A stretch of DNA of 64,000 nt. Origin: an uncultured Gammaproteobacteria bacterium (GTDB lineage: Bacteria; Patescibacteriota; Patescibacteriia; JACQRZ01). Made by a program: the position numbers and the translations under genes. The DNA lies in NCBI GenBank assembly GCA_964621085.1, contig CAZUKY010000004.1:1266-65265 (forward strand). The letters are read 5' to 3'. Shown here in pieces: positions 47,340 through 58,071 of this stretch (positions within the stretch are counted from its first letter, which is position 1; each line of letters opens with the position of its first letter). The notes under the pieces were generated by a model. It made no database searches. It saw only the letters and a program-made list of their open reading frames with translations, and was not told the origin of the DNA.

Positions 47340-47597
47340 CTACTTCTTCCCGCGCGGCTTTTTTTCCTTCTCACCTGCCAATGGATGAAAGATATGGAAA
47401 AACGCGTCTCTCATAATCTGCATGCGGTACGCCAACGAAAGGGCCGCATATGCCAAAAGGAAAAACAAAATACTGACAAAAATCTGTACAAATACCTCAC
47501 TGAGAAGCGTGACAACGCCCAAGCCTAAGGCGACCAGGCCGATCACGAAGAGCGTGTAGAGCGTGTGATTCACTTTTTTCTCAAGATTGCGGAACAT
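47340..47597 (-). CDS. Small two-TM membrane protein
   Basis: 85 aa. Confidence 0.4.
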   Translation of the reverse strand: MFRNLEKKVNHTLYTLFVIGLVALGLGVVTLLSEVFVQIFVSILFFLLAYAALSLAYRMQIMRDAFFHIFHPLAGEKEKKPRGKK

Positions 47598-47647
47598 ACG
47601 GTGCTATTAAAAATAATTGATTAATAATACAGATATTGCCATTTTGC

Positions 47648-49010
47648 TCATACGATAGAAACGGTTTCTTTTTTCATGGTTTTCAGGGCAGCTTCGTGAT
47701 GCAAAACGAGATTTTCTATGTTGTATGCGCCCATGATCGGGGCCTCCGTAAAGCCATTCAATGCCGCACGCGCGAGCCAGCCGCTCTCGATCCAGTCCGT
47801 CAACCACTCATCGGCGTAGCGGGGATCCTCTTGCGAGATGCCGGCGCCGATCGTCTTGAGCCAGATGCGGTTGAAATCCTCCTGCGACCCGACAGACGGC
47901 GCCATAATGATAGGCAGCCCAAGGCCCGCATAAAAAGAGAGTTCTGAGGGCTTTGTCCACAACACGTCTGTGGTGCGCAAAAGGCGATTGAAACTCGCAA
48001 AATACTCGTGCTTGGTCTTCGCGAATAGGATAGTGATATTTTTTTCAAGAGCGCTTCCCAGCCGCAACCCGCGAATCGCGTCCGTGTAAAATTTTCGGAC
48101 CTCCTTCCGCGTGCCTGCGATCAAGTTCAGCCGGATCTTTCCTTCCAGCAACTTTTTGCGAAGACTGACAAGGATCTGTTCGCCGATATCGCTCTGCGCA
48201 CCCGCGCCCCCGACCGCAAATGTGATCGTAAACGGATGATTGGGCCGCGACGGGACGTATTTTTTCCCGATATGGTAATTGATGATGTGGCCGAATTTGT
48301 GCATCATGACGCTCCGCGGATCCAGATTCAAAAATCGCGCGCCGATATCTTTGCGCAGGACCTCCATCGCCGGACCGCCGATATTCTCTTTTGGCAGGGG
48401 AAAACCCGTGAAAAAGATATTCTCGCTGCGGATGCCATAGAGCTTCAATCGCTCGACGACCCTTTTGTTGGGCGCGAGATACTTGATGCGACTGCGCCGC
48501 GGATCGCGCGGCACCCAGGTGCGGCTCACGTCCGAGTCGCATACCTGCAGGTAGATATCTCCTTTGTATCCGTAAAATTCGGCGGCGAATGCCGGCAAGA
48601 AAAACGTGCAGATCAAGGGAAGATCCTGCCGCGCAGAAAGCACGTTGGTAAACAAATGCTTCCCAAGTCCGCCTTTGTGGATATAGTGCTCGGTTTGCAG
48701 TAGCTGGAGATTGGGATGCGAGAGATCGCGCTTCGGATAAAACGACGGGATCTCCTGAATCTTGTCGAATAGCTCAAAGATCGCGCGGCCGACGGCATTT
48801 TTTGCCTGCAGGCGCGAGACGAACTCATACCCCTCGCGGCTCTGGCGCCAGACATCGCGTTCCGCTTTTGGTAATCCCTTGTACTCGTTCATCGCGATAA
48901 CACCCTTGTGCGCGATATCGGTCAAAGGATAGGCGGCCCGCTGATGGCCGTATCCCATATCGACGGTGACCACCCAGGCTTTGTTGTTTTTTTTCAAACT
49001 CATAGCGACA
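47648..49010 (-). CDS. GT28-family glycosyltransferase, MGDG-synthase-like/MurG-like
   Basis: KAWVVTVDMGYGHQRAAY matches the GGGH N-terminal motif, and the C-terminal half reads …FAVGGAGAQSD…. Confidence 0.5.
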
Positions 49011-49074
49011 AGCAATGGGAATGCATGCCGTGAAGTATAGCATATTTTCTGCGGCGGGAAAAAATCTTTGCAGA

Positions 49075-49106
49075 AATGATAAGGCCTTCCAAAACTCAGG
49101 GGTTCC
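49075..49106 (-). terminator. Hairpin ggccttcc-N16-ggaaggcc downstream of the lipoprotein gene
   Basis: Read directly. Confidence 0.4.
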
Positions 49107-49128
49107 GGAAGGCCTCAATGTAAAGGAC

Positions 49129-50346
49129 TTAGAGAAAAAGTGCGCGCACCAGCCGGATGGCCTTTCCGCTGATCTCGGACTGCGGCGAAACGACCGGCGC
49201 ATACGTGTAGCGGATGCCGTCCTGCTGGCCAAAGACAATCTCATCCGGACCAAGCGAGTCAGAGGCGGAGCGCGTGCGATAATCGAGCGTGAACACCCGG
49301 TACATGATACTCCGCTTGTTGAAGGAATGGCCGACAACGAACGGATGCGTGATGTTGCCGCCGTACATGATCGCGTGCTTCAGCTCATGTTCTGCCGCGA
49401 ATTGAACCGCGGACAGGAACAAATCTTTTTGCACGGGTATCGGCACGCCTTTGTGGCGCGGAAGCAGCTCTTCCAAGAGACCGTGGATGAAAAAGACGAT
49501 CGTTCCGTCCGCTAGTTCGCGGTACGCCCCGATACGGCTCTCCTCGATCGTTCCCTGAAAACGCTGGTGATCGCGGAGTGTTGCAAGCGCTGTGCGGATG
49601 GAACCGTCGTCTTTGGTCTCGGGTGCCTCGAATCGAACACGGAAGTCAGACGTTCCGCAGGCAAACGAGACCGCAAATCCGGTGGACCCTCCGAAGCGTT
49701 GAAAACCGCGACGCACTGCTGTGATATACTCGGCAATGGTATAGGGACGGGTATTCGGCGGGATCTCTCCTTCTTGAGGCTCTTCGACGCAGAGCGTGAC
49801 TGCATCGCGCCTGAAGATCGCCGTATTGACCGACGGCTGGAAGAGCGCCGTATCGCCCTCCTTATTGCCGTCTTCCCAAAAAGATCCCTGCAGAAGTTCG
49901 AATCGGGCTGCAGACATCTCGCTTTCGCGGATGCCGACCCGGTCACGGATAGCCCCGCTCAATGCCTTGATCTTTGCAAAGATCGGGTGATCGAGTATGA
50001 GCTGACGTTCGTTGGGCGCATACCAGGTCAGCAGACCGACGAATGCGGACAACGGATTTGCGGCTTCAAAATCCGCAGCGAGCTCATCCGAATATCCCTC
50101 TCGATACGGCCAACGGCTCGCGACCCATGGTCGCGCAGAAGCGGAAGCAAGTGGCGCGTTACCCTCCACCTGGTCATGCGGATCCGACGTGCCGGAGACG
50201 AGCGAGACATTCTCGCCCGCTCGGTCGCACGCGATTTCAATGGATGAAACTGCGCTCGCCGCTCCGCTCTTCACCTGTGCCGGACTCGTAATGCACCCCG
50301 CCGTCGCAACGAGCGAGAGCATGAACACGATAATCCTCTGCAGCAT
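49129..50346 (-). CDS. Hypothetical lipoprotein
   Basis: 405 aa. The N-terminus MLQRIIVFMLSLVATAGC carries a lipobox. Confidence 0.5.
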   Translation of the reverse strand: MLQRIIVFMLSLVATAGCITSPAQVKSGAASAVSSIEIACDRAGENVSLVSGTSDPHDQVEGNAPLASASARPWVASRWPYREGYSDELAADFEAANPLSAFVGLLTWYAPNERQLILDHPIFAKIKALSGAIRDRVGIRESEMSAARFELLQGSFWEDGNKEGDTALFQPSVNTAIFRRDAVTLCVEEPQEGEIPPNTRPYTIAEYITAVRRGFQRFGGSTGFAVSFACGTSDFRVRFEAPETKDDGSIRTALATLRDHQRFQGTIEESRIGAYRELADGTIVFFIHGLLEELLPRHKGVPIPVQKDLFLSAVQFAAEHELKHAIMYGGNITHPFVVGHSFNKRSIMYRVFTLDYRTRSASDSLGPDEIVFGQQDGIRYTYAPVVSPQSEISGKAIRLVRALFL

Positions 50347-50440
50347 TTCATGCCCTCCTTCCGAAAAAAAACGCCGTGCCGTCGCTTATTTAAGCAGAAA
50401 ACGGCTTGTTTGTCAATGCTGATAGTCCTCTTCTAGTATC

Positions 50441-51889
50441 TTATTCAGCCTGGCTACTGGCAGCATTTTCTTTTTTCGCATCATCGATAATATCCTTGAC
50501 CGAAGCTTGTTTTGTATCAAAACTCTTAATCTGGCATGAGGTAAAAGTCCCATCCGAACTGAGTGCATGGAGGCCTTTTTTTAAGTTGGCAGCACCATAC
50601 TCGAGATAAAAACAAATTTGATAATCATTAGGGGTTGCCATACCCGATCCTTTCCCCTTATAAATGGCGTATGCGCACGGTGCAGAAGCGCCCGGCTCAC
50701 AGGGAGTCGAGCCTGTCGGATCTGTTAATTTTCCGATATCGCCGAGCCCTTCAGGAGCAGTGCATTTATCAAGTGTATCGCCGTTGCCGCATTGGATTGC
50801 GCTTCCGGGATACGTAGTTTCAAGCACATAAAGCTCTACGCTCGCCTGTTTCATATCCGCAATGCGCTTCGAATCCCGGGCCTTTGCCTGTGCGTTGGAC
50901 AGCGCGGCATCACTAAGATTCTTCAGAAAATCCGATTCTTTTATATCTGTCACATCCACATTCGTAATTCCCAATCCGGTGCGGCGCATGATCTCAAAGG
51001 CGTGATGCGGACGGCCGAGGTAGTAGCGCTTCAGCTCTGCCGGATGAATGTACCAGGCCTCGCCGTTTCGCTGTGCGGCGATGAAGATCTTACCAGCGTG
51101 TTTTTTTGCAAAGCTCATATTGATAGGATACTTTGCGCCATCGCCGCGCACAGGATCAAAGCCTCCCAAAACCTCTGTCTTGTCGTTATACCCATCCCTG
51201 TCAGTATCTGCTTTGCTTGGATCCGTACCCAGTGCCGCTTCAGCCATATCCGAGAGACCATCGCCATCGCCGTCTGCACCGCCTTCAAAATTCGTGAATG
51301 CGATCGGAAGTTTTTCAAGATCGGCATTCGCTATACCCACGCCAAGCGTGCGCATCAGGAGAAATGCATCTGCTGGCCGTCCCATAGGTACCCGGGTGCC
51401 TGTATCAGGGCGCACGTACCACGCCTCGCCGTTGCTTTCCACCTGTAGCAATATCCGACCACGCAGGCGATCTGGCGCCGTCTTTGCACTCTGTGCCGAA
51501 GAAATCTTGACTACTTCGACGAGTGTCGCTCGATCACCCATCTCGGGAGCATCCTCGTTACGAATATAATCTGTGATTTTTAGTTCGGCATAGCCTGAGC
51601 TTTTTTTCGGAAGAAAATGGCGCTTGTCGTTTGCATCACGAAAAACAATAGCGAATCCCTCCGATTGACCAAGAACTCGCGCCGAGCGCGCGTCAGGAAT
51701 AAACCCGACTTCATCCATTTGCTCACCCGAGATCTCGCTTATGCCTGTCCAGTAGATGTATTTTCCCGAAACGCGACACGGGTCGTTTGTGCTGCACTGA
51801 ACAGCAGCTACTGCAGGAACGGCAAAAACAACGCCGATCGCAAAACTGCAAAAAAATGAAACGGCGGAGGAAACGAGAACGTTTCGCAT
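50441..51889 (-). CDS. Secreted protein with TSP3-like Ca-binding repeats and a duplicated GEAWY[VI]xP…GRPxxAFxxMRxxGxG module. It is a paralogue of the C-terminus of 52556-55660.
   Basis: 482 aa with a signal peptide and DGDGDGLSDMAEAALGTDPSKADTDRDGYNDKTE. Confidence 0.55.
   Translation of the reverse strand: MRNVLVSSAVSFFCSFAIGVVFAVPAVAAVQCSTNDPCRVSGKYIYWTGISEISGEQMDEVGFIPDARSARVLGQSEGFAIVFRDANDKRHFLPKKSSGYAELKITDYIRNEDAPEMGDRATLVEVVKISSAQSAKTAPDRLRGRILLQVESNGEAWYVRPDTGTRVPMGRPADAFLLMRTLGVGIANADLEKLPIAFTNFEGGADGDGDGLSDMAEAALGTDPSKADTDRDGYNDKTEVLGGFDPVRGDGAKYPINMSFAKKHAGKIFIAAQRNGEAWYIHPAELKRYYLGRPHHAFEIMRRTGLGITNVDVTDIKESDFLKNLSDAALSNAQAKARDSKRIADMKQASVELYVLETTYPGSAIQCGNGDTLDKCTAPEGLGDIGKLTDPTGSTPCEPGASAPCAYAIYKGKGSGMATPNDYQICFYLEYGAANLKKGLHALSSDGTFTSCQIKSFDTKQASVKDIIDDAKKENAASSQAE
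50970..51490. repeat. Dispersed repeat, copy A of a roughly 0.5-kb coding module (about 85-90% identical to 52560-53110)
   Basis: 50965-51100 vs 52585-52720 are nearly identical at the nucleotide level. Confidence 0.6.
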
Positions 51890-51990
51890 AGAAGAACCTT
51901 TTATTATAACTTCTTAAAGTATATCACTTTTGATGGAGCGTCCGCCCAATTCCTTTGTCAAACACCATTTTTCCGCTACAATACCAAGAT

Positions 51991-52533
51991 ATGAATCCAT
52001 TCCATGGCAACCAACCGCGTCCTTCTCTTTCGGTGTTGCTGCTCTGGTATGTGCGCTCGCTCTTCATTACGCCGGCGCTTGCGATTCTCATTTTTTCTCT
52101 CGCGATCTCTTTTATTTTTCTTATCATCGGCATCCAGGAAGCCGCCCCAGACTCGCAACTGCAAGCGCCGCTTGTCCTTATCCTTATTGCCGGCTTGGTC
52201 TTGCCGGGCACACTCGCATCGCTATTGGGAGGATTTTTCGGCCCGCTTGTCCTCTGGCTCTTCTACAGTCACATTGCTGGGCTATTTGAGAAACACATGC
52301 ACGCATTAAGGCGCCGTTTCGCGCATCCCGTGCGCGCGCTCGCGATTGCAATGACGGTCTGGTATGGCGCAATTGGACTCCTCATTGTTCTTTCAGGCAT
52401 GGGCGGAACTTCAGACGCACTCTTGTATATCCTCATACTCTACATCGCAAGCATACTCTCTGCGCTGTATATGTACGGCGTAAATATACTCTTTCAAAAA
52501 GTGAAAAATAGCACCACTCCCCCTTTTGCTTAA
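51991..52533 (+). CDS. Polytopic membrane protein, hypothetical
   Basis: About 180 aa from the ATG near 51991, sitting between two minus-strand secreted-protein genes. Confidence 0.4.
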   Translation: MNPFHGNQPRPSLSVLLLWYVRSLFITPALAILIFSLAISFIFLIIGIQEAAPDSQLQAPLVLILIAGLVLPGTLASLLGGFFGPLVLWLFYSHIAGLFEKHMHALRRRFAHPVRALAIAMTVWYGAIGLLIVLSGMGGTSDALLYILILYIASILSALYMYGVNILFQKVKNSTTPPFA

Positions 52534-52555
52534 TAGAAAAGGGGGCATAAGTGGA

Positions 52556-55500
52556 TTACTGATACATCCGTCCGAAATCGGTGTTTGAAACGCCCAATCC
52601 GGTGCGACGCATGATCTCGAAGGCGTGGTGCGGGCGTCCGAGGTAGTACCGCTTGTGTTCTGTCGGATGAATGTACCAGGCCTCGCCGTTTCGCTGCGCG
52701 GCGATAAAAATCTTGCCGGCGTGCTTTGCCGCAAACGCAGAGTCGATGGGATATTTTGCACCATTACCGCGGAGTGGGTCGTAGCCGCCTTTCACCTCTG
52801 TAGCATCTGGATACCCGTCGCCGTCGCTGTCAGTGCGATTCGGATCGGTTCCAAGCGCCGCTTCGGCCATATCCGAAAGTCCGTCGCCGTCCGCGTCGCT
52901 GCCGCTGTCCATGTTTACAAATGCGATTGGGATTTTTTCCAAATCGGCGTTCGCAATGCCAATACCCGCCTTTCGCATCACGGCAAATGCATCGTCGGGC
53001 CTGCCAAGACTCAGTCGTTCTGCCGTATCCGGACGCACGTACCATGCCTCGCCCTTGCTTTCTACTTGCAACAAGATCTTTCCGCGCATACGGTCGGCAA
53101 GTGCGGTCGGTTTCGTTGCCGGCTGCTTTGGCGCATCCGGTTTTTGTATAAGTGGCTTCTTTTCTTCAGGATATGGAGCCTGCTCCCATCCGTCCGGTAG
53201 GCAGGTATTCGGAAACTGGCGCACCTCGCCGGTTTTCGGATTGCGGCCGTACGTGATGGCCTGTCCGCAAATTTGCAACTCTGGTTCTTTTCCCGTCACC
53301 TGGATAATGCCGCGCTGATACGAACGCTTGGCGTTGTAAAACTCATACGTCCCCGGTTTTGTGAAGCGATACTGATACACGGGTTTGTCATGACTCCGTT
53401 CCGTTGAAGGAGTGCTCATACCGAAGTCTGCGGGAGCCCCCGCCGCGCCACGCACCTGCAAAGGATGGCTGCTTTGATGGAAGAAGTATACCGTATCCCC
53501 GACAGACGCCTTCACGACCTCCTTTTTAAGGACCTCCTCACGTGTGATTGTCGCGACATACGGCCGATAGACGGTTTTGTTAAAGCCGATTTCATTGAAG
53601 AGAACAGCGATCTTTCCCGCCTCGGAATAGGAGCTTGGGTACGACATGACGCCCGCGACGATCTGATCGCTGAACATGTTTGCCTTTTCTAGCGGCGCAA
53701 TATCGCGCAGATCCTCGGCACGTTCGGGCCATCTGATCGTAAAGTCGTCGTTGTAAAACGGGTGTTTTTTCTTCTCTTCCGCCTTCTTTTTCGCTTCCTC
53801 CTCCTCCTTCTTTTTCTTTGCCTCCTCTTCTTTCTTTTTTAAATTCTCTGTCCGAAATGCGCCCGTCTGCCGAGATGCAAATGTGCCATCTTTATAATAC
53901 AGCTCTGCGATGTAGGTATACTCAGTATCCGACGAGAGTCCGTTAATTCGAAGATTTTCGGGAGGAAAACGTTTTTCTCCAACAAATACATTCCCCGTTT
54001 TCTTGTAGACTTTCACTGTGACATAGGATCCGACAAGCCCTTCTCCTCGAGCGCTAAAAGAAAAACTTCGTGCGAGCGGATCATCTGTCGGCGCAGACTC
54101 GAAGACGCCCGTAAAACGCAACGGGTCGATGTCGATCGGCGCCTTTTCCCACCCATCCGGCAAGCAGGCGGTTGGGAATTCCTTGATCTCGCCGGTTGTC
54201 TTATTGCGCGCACGCGTGATCACCTGCGCACAGGCTTTTGGCGTAACGGTTACTGTCACTCGCTGCGGAGCAGCGCTCTTGCCGTCTTCACTCATACATG
54301 AGATTGTCGGCGAGATGGAAGAGTCTAATTGGGTCTCAAAAGAACCGACCGGATCAACGGCTCCATTCAGATTTGTGTCAGGAAAACCCTTGAATACGCA
54401 AAACTTAACGCCGGTCGCCTGCCAGCTGATCCGCACTTTCTCGCCCGCCTCGACCGTCTTTTTATCAACAGAAAAGTTCACACGCGGCCGCGTCTCGCTC
54501 GGATTCGAATCGTTCATAAAGGCGAGGATTTTTGCCGAAAGAATCTCTTCGTCATATCCTGTAGAGGAAATAGCGACGAAGGTGCTTTTAAAACGAGAGT
54601 CAATCGGAAACCGCCACGCCTCAAAGCGCGATGATAGGTCTTCTTGCAAATAGGAGCTCAGAAGAAGCAGGTAGGCTTGCATCTTGGCGATCATCAACGC
54701 CTCGGTATCATTGGCCGAGTCGGATAGCCATGCGACCGGAAGCTGGGCGGCCTTTTTTATATAAAAAGTCTGCGCTTTTTTGTACGCCTCATAAAACTTC
54801 GGTCCTTTTCCCGCCTTTTTGTACTCGCTGTACAGTGTCGTAAGCATCGTCTGAAACTTGCCGCCACGCTCATAGACGTTCTGATTAGAGGGCGGTGAGA
54901 CGAAGAGTGTCTCAAAGGTCTCGTTGTCCCTTTCGTACTCCTCCAGATCCTTATTCGCGCCCAGCCACTCAGGATAGTCCTCGAATTGCGAAAAGGTACC
55001 GCTGCACGGCCACTCGATTTTCAGCTTATTGCGGCACCAAAAGTCGGCTGCGGCGACGAAGGAACCGTCCGTTGCCATCATGTACGGTAGAATGCCAAGC
55101 AGATTCGCATGCGCCTCAACCATATCTTTCCAGATGAAGGCGTTGCGCACCTCTGAAGTCAGTCCGAAAATATGCCCCACCTCGTGCATGAATGATGGCG
55201 CAAGAGGCAGCGGATTTGATCCCGCATGATAGGCGAAATGGTCAAACGCAAATCCGCTGTTCATCCGAATAGTATTCTCCCAAGCGTATGCGGCTGCCGG
55301 CCACGCGAGCGTCGGATCCTCGATCACCTTCATGCCGCCAACAGGCTCATGGCCGCCCATGAAGTCCTTCAAAAAAAGGTAGTAGTCCTCGTATTTCCAA
55401 AACAAATCGGCCGGATCGCTCGTAAATTTTTTTGCCGTCTCGGGAGCAAAACGCCACTCGATATGCCCACACGTCATGACGCCCGTTTCCTTAAAATCTT

Positions 55501-55609
55501 CAAACGTCCCCTTGCAGACGCGCGGAGGCTGCGTCGCGTCCTGTGCGGCAAACGCCGGCGCGCCAAAGATGATCGCAAACGCAAGAGCAAGGACGAATGG
55601 GTATTTCAT
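52556..55609 (-). CDS. Large secreted multidomain protein. It has an N-terminal HExxH (HEVGH) metallopeptidase-like domain, a K/E-rich linker, and the C-terminal module shared with 50441-51889.
   Basis: The signal peptide MKYPFVLALAFAIIFGAPAFA favours the ATG at 55609, against 55660 in the ORF track. HEVGHIFG is present. Confidence 0.55.
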   Translation of the reverse strand: MKYPFVLALAFAIIFGAPAFAAQDATQPPRVCKGTFEDFKETGVMTCGHIEWRFAPETAKKFTSDPADLFWKYEDYYLFLKDFMGGHEPVGGMKVIEDPTLAWPAAAYAWENTIRMNSGFAFDHFAYHAGSNPLPLAPSFMHEVGHIFGLTSEVRNAFIWKDMVEAHANLLGILPYMMATDGSFVAAADFWCRNKLKIEWPCSGTFSQFEDYPEWLGANKDLEEYERDNETFETLFVSPPSNQNVYERGGKFQTMLTTLYSEYKKAGKGPKFYEAYKKAQTFYIKKAAQLPVAWLSDSANDTEALMIAKMQAYLLLLSSYLQEDLSSRFEAWRFPIDSRFKSTFVAISSTGYDEEILSAKILAFMNDSNPSETRPRVNFSVDKKTVEAGEKVRISWQATGVKFCVFKGFPDTNLNGAVDPVGSFETQLDSSISPTISCMSEDGKSAAPQRVTVTVTPKACAQVITRARNKTTGEIKEFPTACLPDGWEKAPIDIDPLRFTGVFESAPTDDPLARSFSFSARGEGLVGSYVTVKVYKKTGNVFVGEKRFPPENLRINGLSSDTEYTYIAELYYKDGTFASRQTGAFRTENLKKKEEEAKKKKEEEEAKKKAEEKKKHPFYNDDFTIRWPERAEDLRDIAPLEKANMFSDQIVAGVMSYPSSYSEAGKIAVLFNEIGFNKTVYRPYVATITREEVLKKEVVKASVGDTVYFFHQSSHPLQVRGAAGAPADFGMSTPSTERSHDKPVYQYRFTKPGTYEFYNAKRSYQRGIIQVTGKEPELQICGQAITYGRNPKTGEVRQFPNTCLPDGWEQAPYPEEKKPLIQKPDAPKQPATKPTALADRMRGKILLQVESKGEAWYVRPDTAERLSLGRPDDAFAVMRKAGIGIANADLEKIPIAFVNMDSGSDADGDGLSDMAEAALGTDPNRTDSDGDGYPDATEVKGGYDPLRGNGAKYPIDSAFAAKHAGKIFIAAQRNGEAWYIHPTEHKRYYLGRPHHAFEIMRRTGLGVSNTDFGRMYQ
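52560..53110. repeat. Dispersed repeat, copy B (see 50970-51490)
   Basis: See copy A. Confidence 0.6.
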
Positions 55610-55675
55610 ACGCGGTACATACTTTTGAAAAAAGAGAATTTCCTTAGCGAAGTATATCATTGTTGATGAGTACTG

Positions 55676-55710
55676 AAAAACCCGCTGACACGAAGTCTGC
55701 GGGTTTTTTC
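55676..55710. terminator. Bidirectional terminator aaaaacccgc-N13-gcgggttttt
   Basis: Read directly. Confidence 0.6.
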
Positions 55711-55728
55711 AAAACGCGTATACGATCT

Positions 55729-58065
55729 CTACGCGCCGCTTTGGGTGTAATCCTGTTCGATCAGTTCTCGCAACACGTCAACATCAACCTCTTCGACCGC
55801 CTTATCGAACTCCGGTTTCCATAGTATGCCGAGCTTGTTCTCAATCTTGTGCATATGAATCATGGGGTCGATTCTGCTTCCAGGCAGTTTCGCTTCCTGC
55901 ATCTTTCTCAGGGCCTCGCGAATATCACTCTTATAATAGTCAAACCTCTCAAGAGTTGCCTTCAAAACCGTTGCTGAGTCATTGTTCTCAACGTCCGGTT
56001 CTTCCATATCCTCTGCATCTTCTGGCGCGCCGTTTTGGACCCGTTCTTTCAACTGATCGATATCCATTACGCCGTTAAATTCATCGCGCCACTCGTCAAG
56101 ACCCGCCAGATCGACGACTTTTTCTTTCCAGTATGCCTCGTTAATCTTCTTGTTCCAGCCGTATTCGGCGATCTTTGCGAGCGCCTTATTAATGGAAGCC
56201 TTGTTTGCGTCGATTTTCTCGAAAATGGCGCCGTAGTCGATTCCACCCTCTGTTTCTTCCAGATTCGGAGCATCGGCACCTCCTTCAGCCTCGTCCGCTT
56301 GCGCATCTTCTTCTGCGTCCTCTTCTTTTCCTTGACTGTCGAGCGCATCCAGATCGCGCTGCAGCTGGTCGAGCCGCTCTTGGAATGATCGTCGCTCATC
56401 AGCGATCTCGTCTTTTCTATTGGCAAGCTCGATCTTGCCGATGATCCGGCGTAAGACCTCGTCGAACTCCTTCTGGCGATCCATGTTCTTGAAGTTGGGA
56501 TTCGCCTGCATACCTTCCACGATCTTGCGGAGATTCTTGCGCTGATCGGGGGTCGCAGCCTCGATACGTTCGCGTTCCTGCGTACCATTTAACTCCTGCC
56601 GTCCACTGGTTTCAAGGCCCGCGCGCCCCAAAATATTGGCACTCAAACGCTTTTTGAACTCAAACGGCGAGTCTTCCTGCGCTTCCGTTTCCGCCGACTT
56701 CTTCGCCCAGCGCGTCTCTTCGGCGCCGTGAGCGACCGGTTTGCCTTCCTTGTTCACTTCGGTGTACTGGTTGACGAACAGGTTGCCCTCAGCTTGAGGT
56801 ATGTCCTTCTTGTCAACTTTTCCGTGCGTTATTTTTGCGCCATCAAGATCTTCTGGCTTAAACGTTCCTCCGCTTGCCAGTTTCAACTCGCCGGTTACCT
56901 TTCGTCCGAACTTCAAGAACCCAGGCGCAAATCCGCCAATAATGGTCCCTGCTGCCAAAGCAGCAACGGACTTCAATGCACCGCTGCTTTGCATGAGAAG
57001 ATCTGTATTAAATGCCCGACCGGCAACTTCGTATGACGCGCCAAGACCGGCAGCACTGTCGCCGATCGGCGCCCACTCCGCACCTGCCGCGCCCTTCGTG
57101 AGTAAGTCCATACCGCCATGCGCTCCGCGTACGATATTCATGGTGCCATCACCGTCGAAATCCGCAGGAAATCCGAGTGGCGCTTTCGGTAGGAACTCGC
57201 CAGCAAGCCCCATAGACGTAGCTACCGAAAGTCCGATACCCAGCACTGCAGCGATGGTATGATTCCGCTTCTGCAGCTCATTTGCTCTTTCCTGCACTTG
57301 ATCCAATTCGGCAAGAATTGCCGTCTGTTCAGCATTCATTCGCTTCATCTCTGCAATTATCTCTGCCGCTCGCGCTGACTCCGGGTCAAGGCCTTGGTAT
57401 TCACGAGACAAATCCTGCCCTCGCTTTCCAATGCCCTCGATGGCCGCCTTTTTACCTATACCCAAAAATCCTTTCTTTTCCGCCCGACCTTCGCCAAATC
57501 GCGCGGCCAAATCATTCATTCGTCCTCGAAGATTGTGTTCACCGCTACCAAAATATAAAGCGCCACGTGCCAACGTCTTAAGACCATACGTCTTTAAGAG
57601 ACCAAACCCCATTGTGGCGGCCAATGGCGCTCCGCCCAAAAGACAGGCGCCTCCGATTAACGCTGCCGGTATAGCCACGCGCTTCCAGTTTTTCAACTCA
57701 ACGGTGATTCCGCAACTTTTAAAAACTTCCCCGAAATTGTTTTTAAATTCCGGCGTGACCTGTTTTTTTTCAAGCTCTTGCTCTGATGCCTCCCTATCGC
57801 CGGAAAGACGCTTCTTGAATTTTTCGACCTTTTTATCTGGCGTCATTTCCTGCTGTTCCGGACCCTTTGCGCCATTTTGCCCATCGCTCCGCTCAGATCC
57901 ATTCTCTGCCCGCTCAGCAGCATCATCAGGAATCGATTCAGCCAGGGAACGCTCCGGATTTTTATCATCCGTGCCGGCATCTTCCGGACGACCAAACTTA
58001 AGCGGATCCTTGATATCGGCTACGCCTCCAGGGCCAATCTTTGTTTCCCTTCCAAAAAGTGGCAT
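55729..58065 (-). CDS. Large hypothetical protein with three Gly-rich (glycine-zipper-like) hydrophobic segments and long charged coiled-coil regions
   Basis: 778 aa. The hydrophobic segments are VAIPAALIGGACLLGGAPLAATMGFGLL, IAAVLGIGLSVATSMGLAG and ALAAGTIIGGFAPGFL. Confidence 0.5.
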   Translation of the reverse strand: MPLFGRETKIGPGGVADIKDPLKFGRPEDAGTDDKNPERSLAESIPDDAAERAENGSERSDGQNGAKGPEQQEMTPDKKVEKFKKRLSGDREASEQELEKKQVTPEFKNNFGEVFKSCGITVELKNWKRVAIPAALIGGACLLGGAPLAATMGFGLLKTYGLKTLARGALYFGSGEHNLRGRMNDLAARFGEGRAEKKGFLGIGKKAAIEGIGKRGQDLSREYQGLDPESARAAEIIAEMKRMNAEQTAILAELDQVQERANELQKRNHTIAAVLGIGLSVATSMGLAGEFLPKAPLGFPADFDGDGTMNIVRGAHGGMDLLTKGAAGAEWAPIGDSAAGLGASYEVAGRAFNTDLLMQSSGALKSVAALAAGTIIGGFAPGFLKFGRKVTGELKLASGGTFKPEDLDGAKITHGKVDKKDIPQAEGNLFVNQYTEVNKEGKPVAHGAEETRWAKKSAETEAQEDSPFEFKKRLSANILGRAGLETSGRQELNGTQERERIEAATPDQRKNLRKIVEGMQANPNFKNMDRQKEFDEVLRRIIGKIELANRKDEIADERRSFQERLDQLQRDLDALDSQGKEEDAEEDAQADEAEGGADAPNLEETEGGIDYGAIFEKIDANKASINKALAKIAEYGWNKKINEAYWKEKVVDLAGLDEWRDEFNGVMDIDQLKERVQNGAPEDAEDMEEPDVENNDSATVLKATLERFDYYKSDIREALRKMQEAKLPGSRIDPMIHMHKIENKLGILWKPEFDKAVEEVDVDVLRELIEQDYTQSGA

Positions 58066-58071
58066 ACTGAT

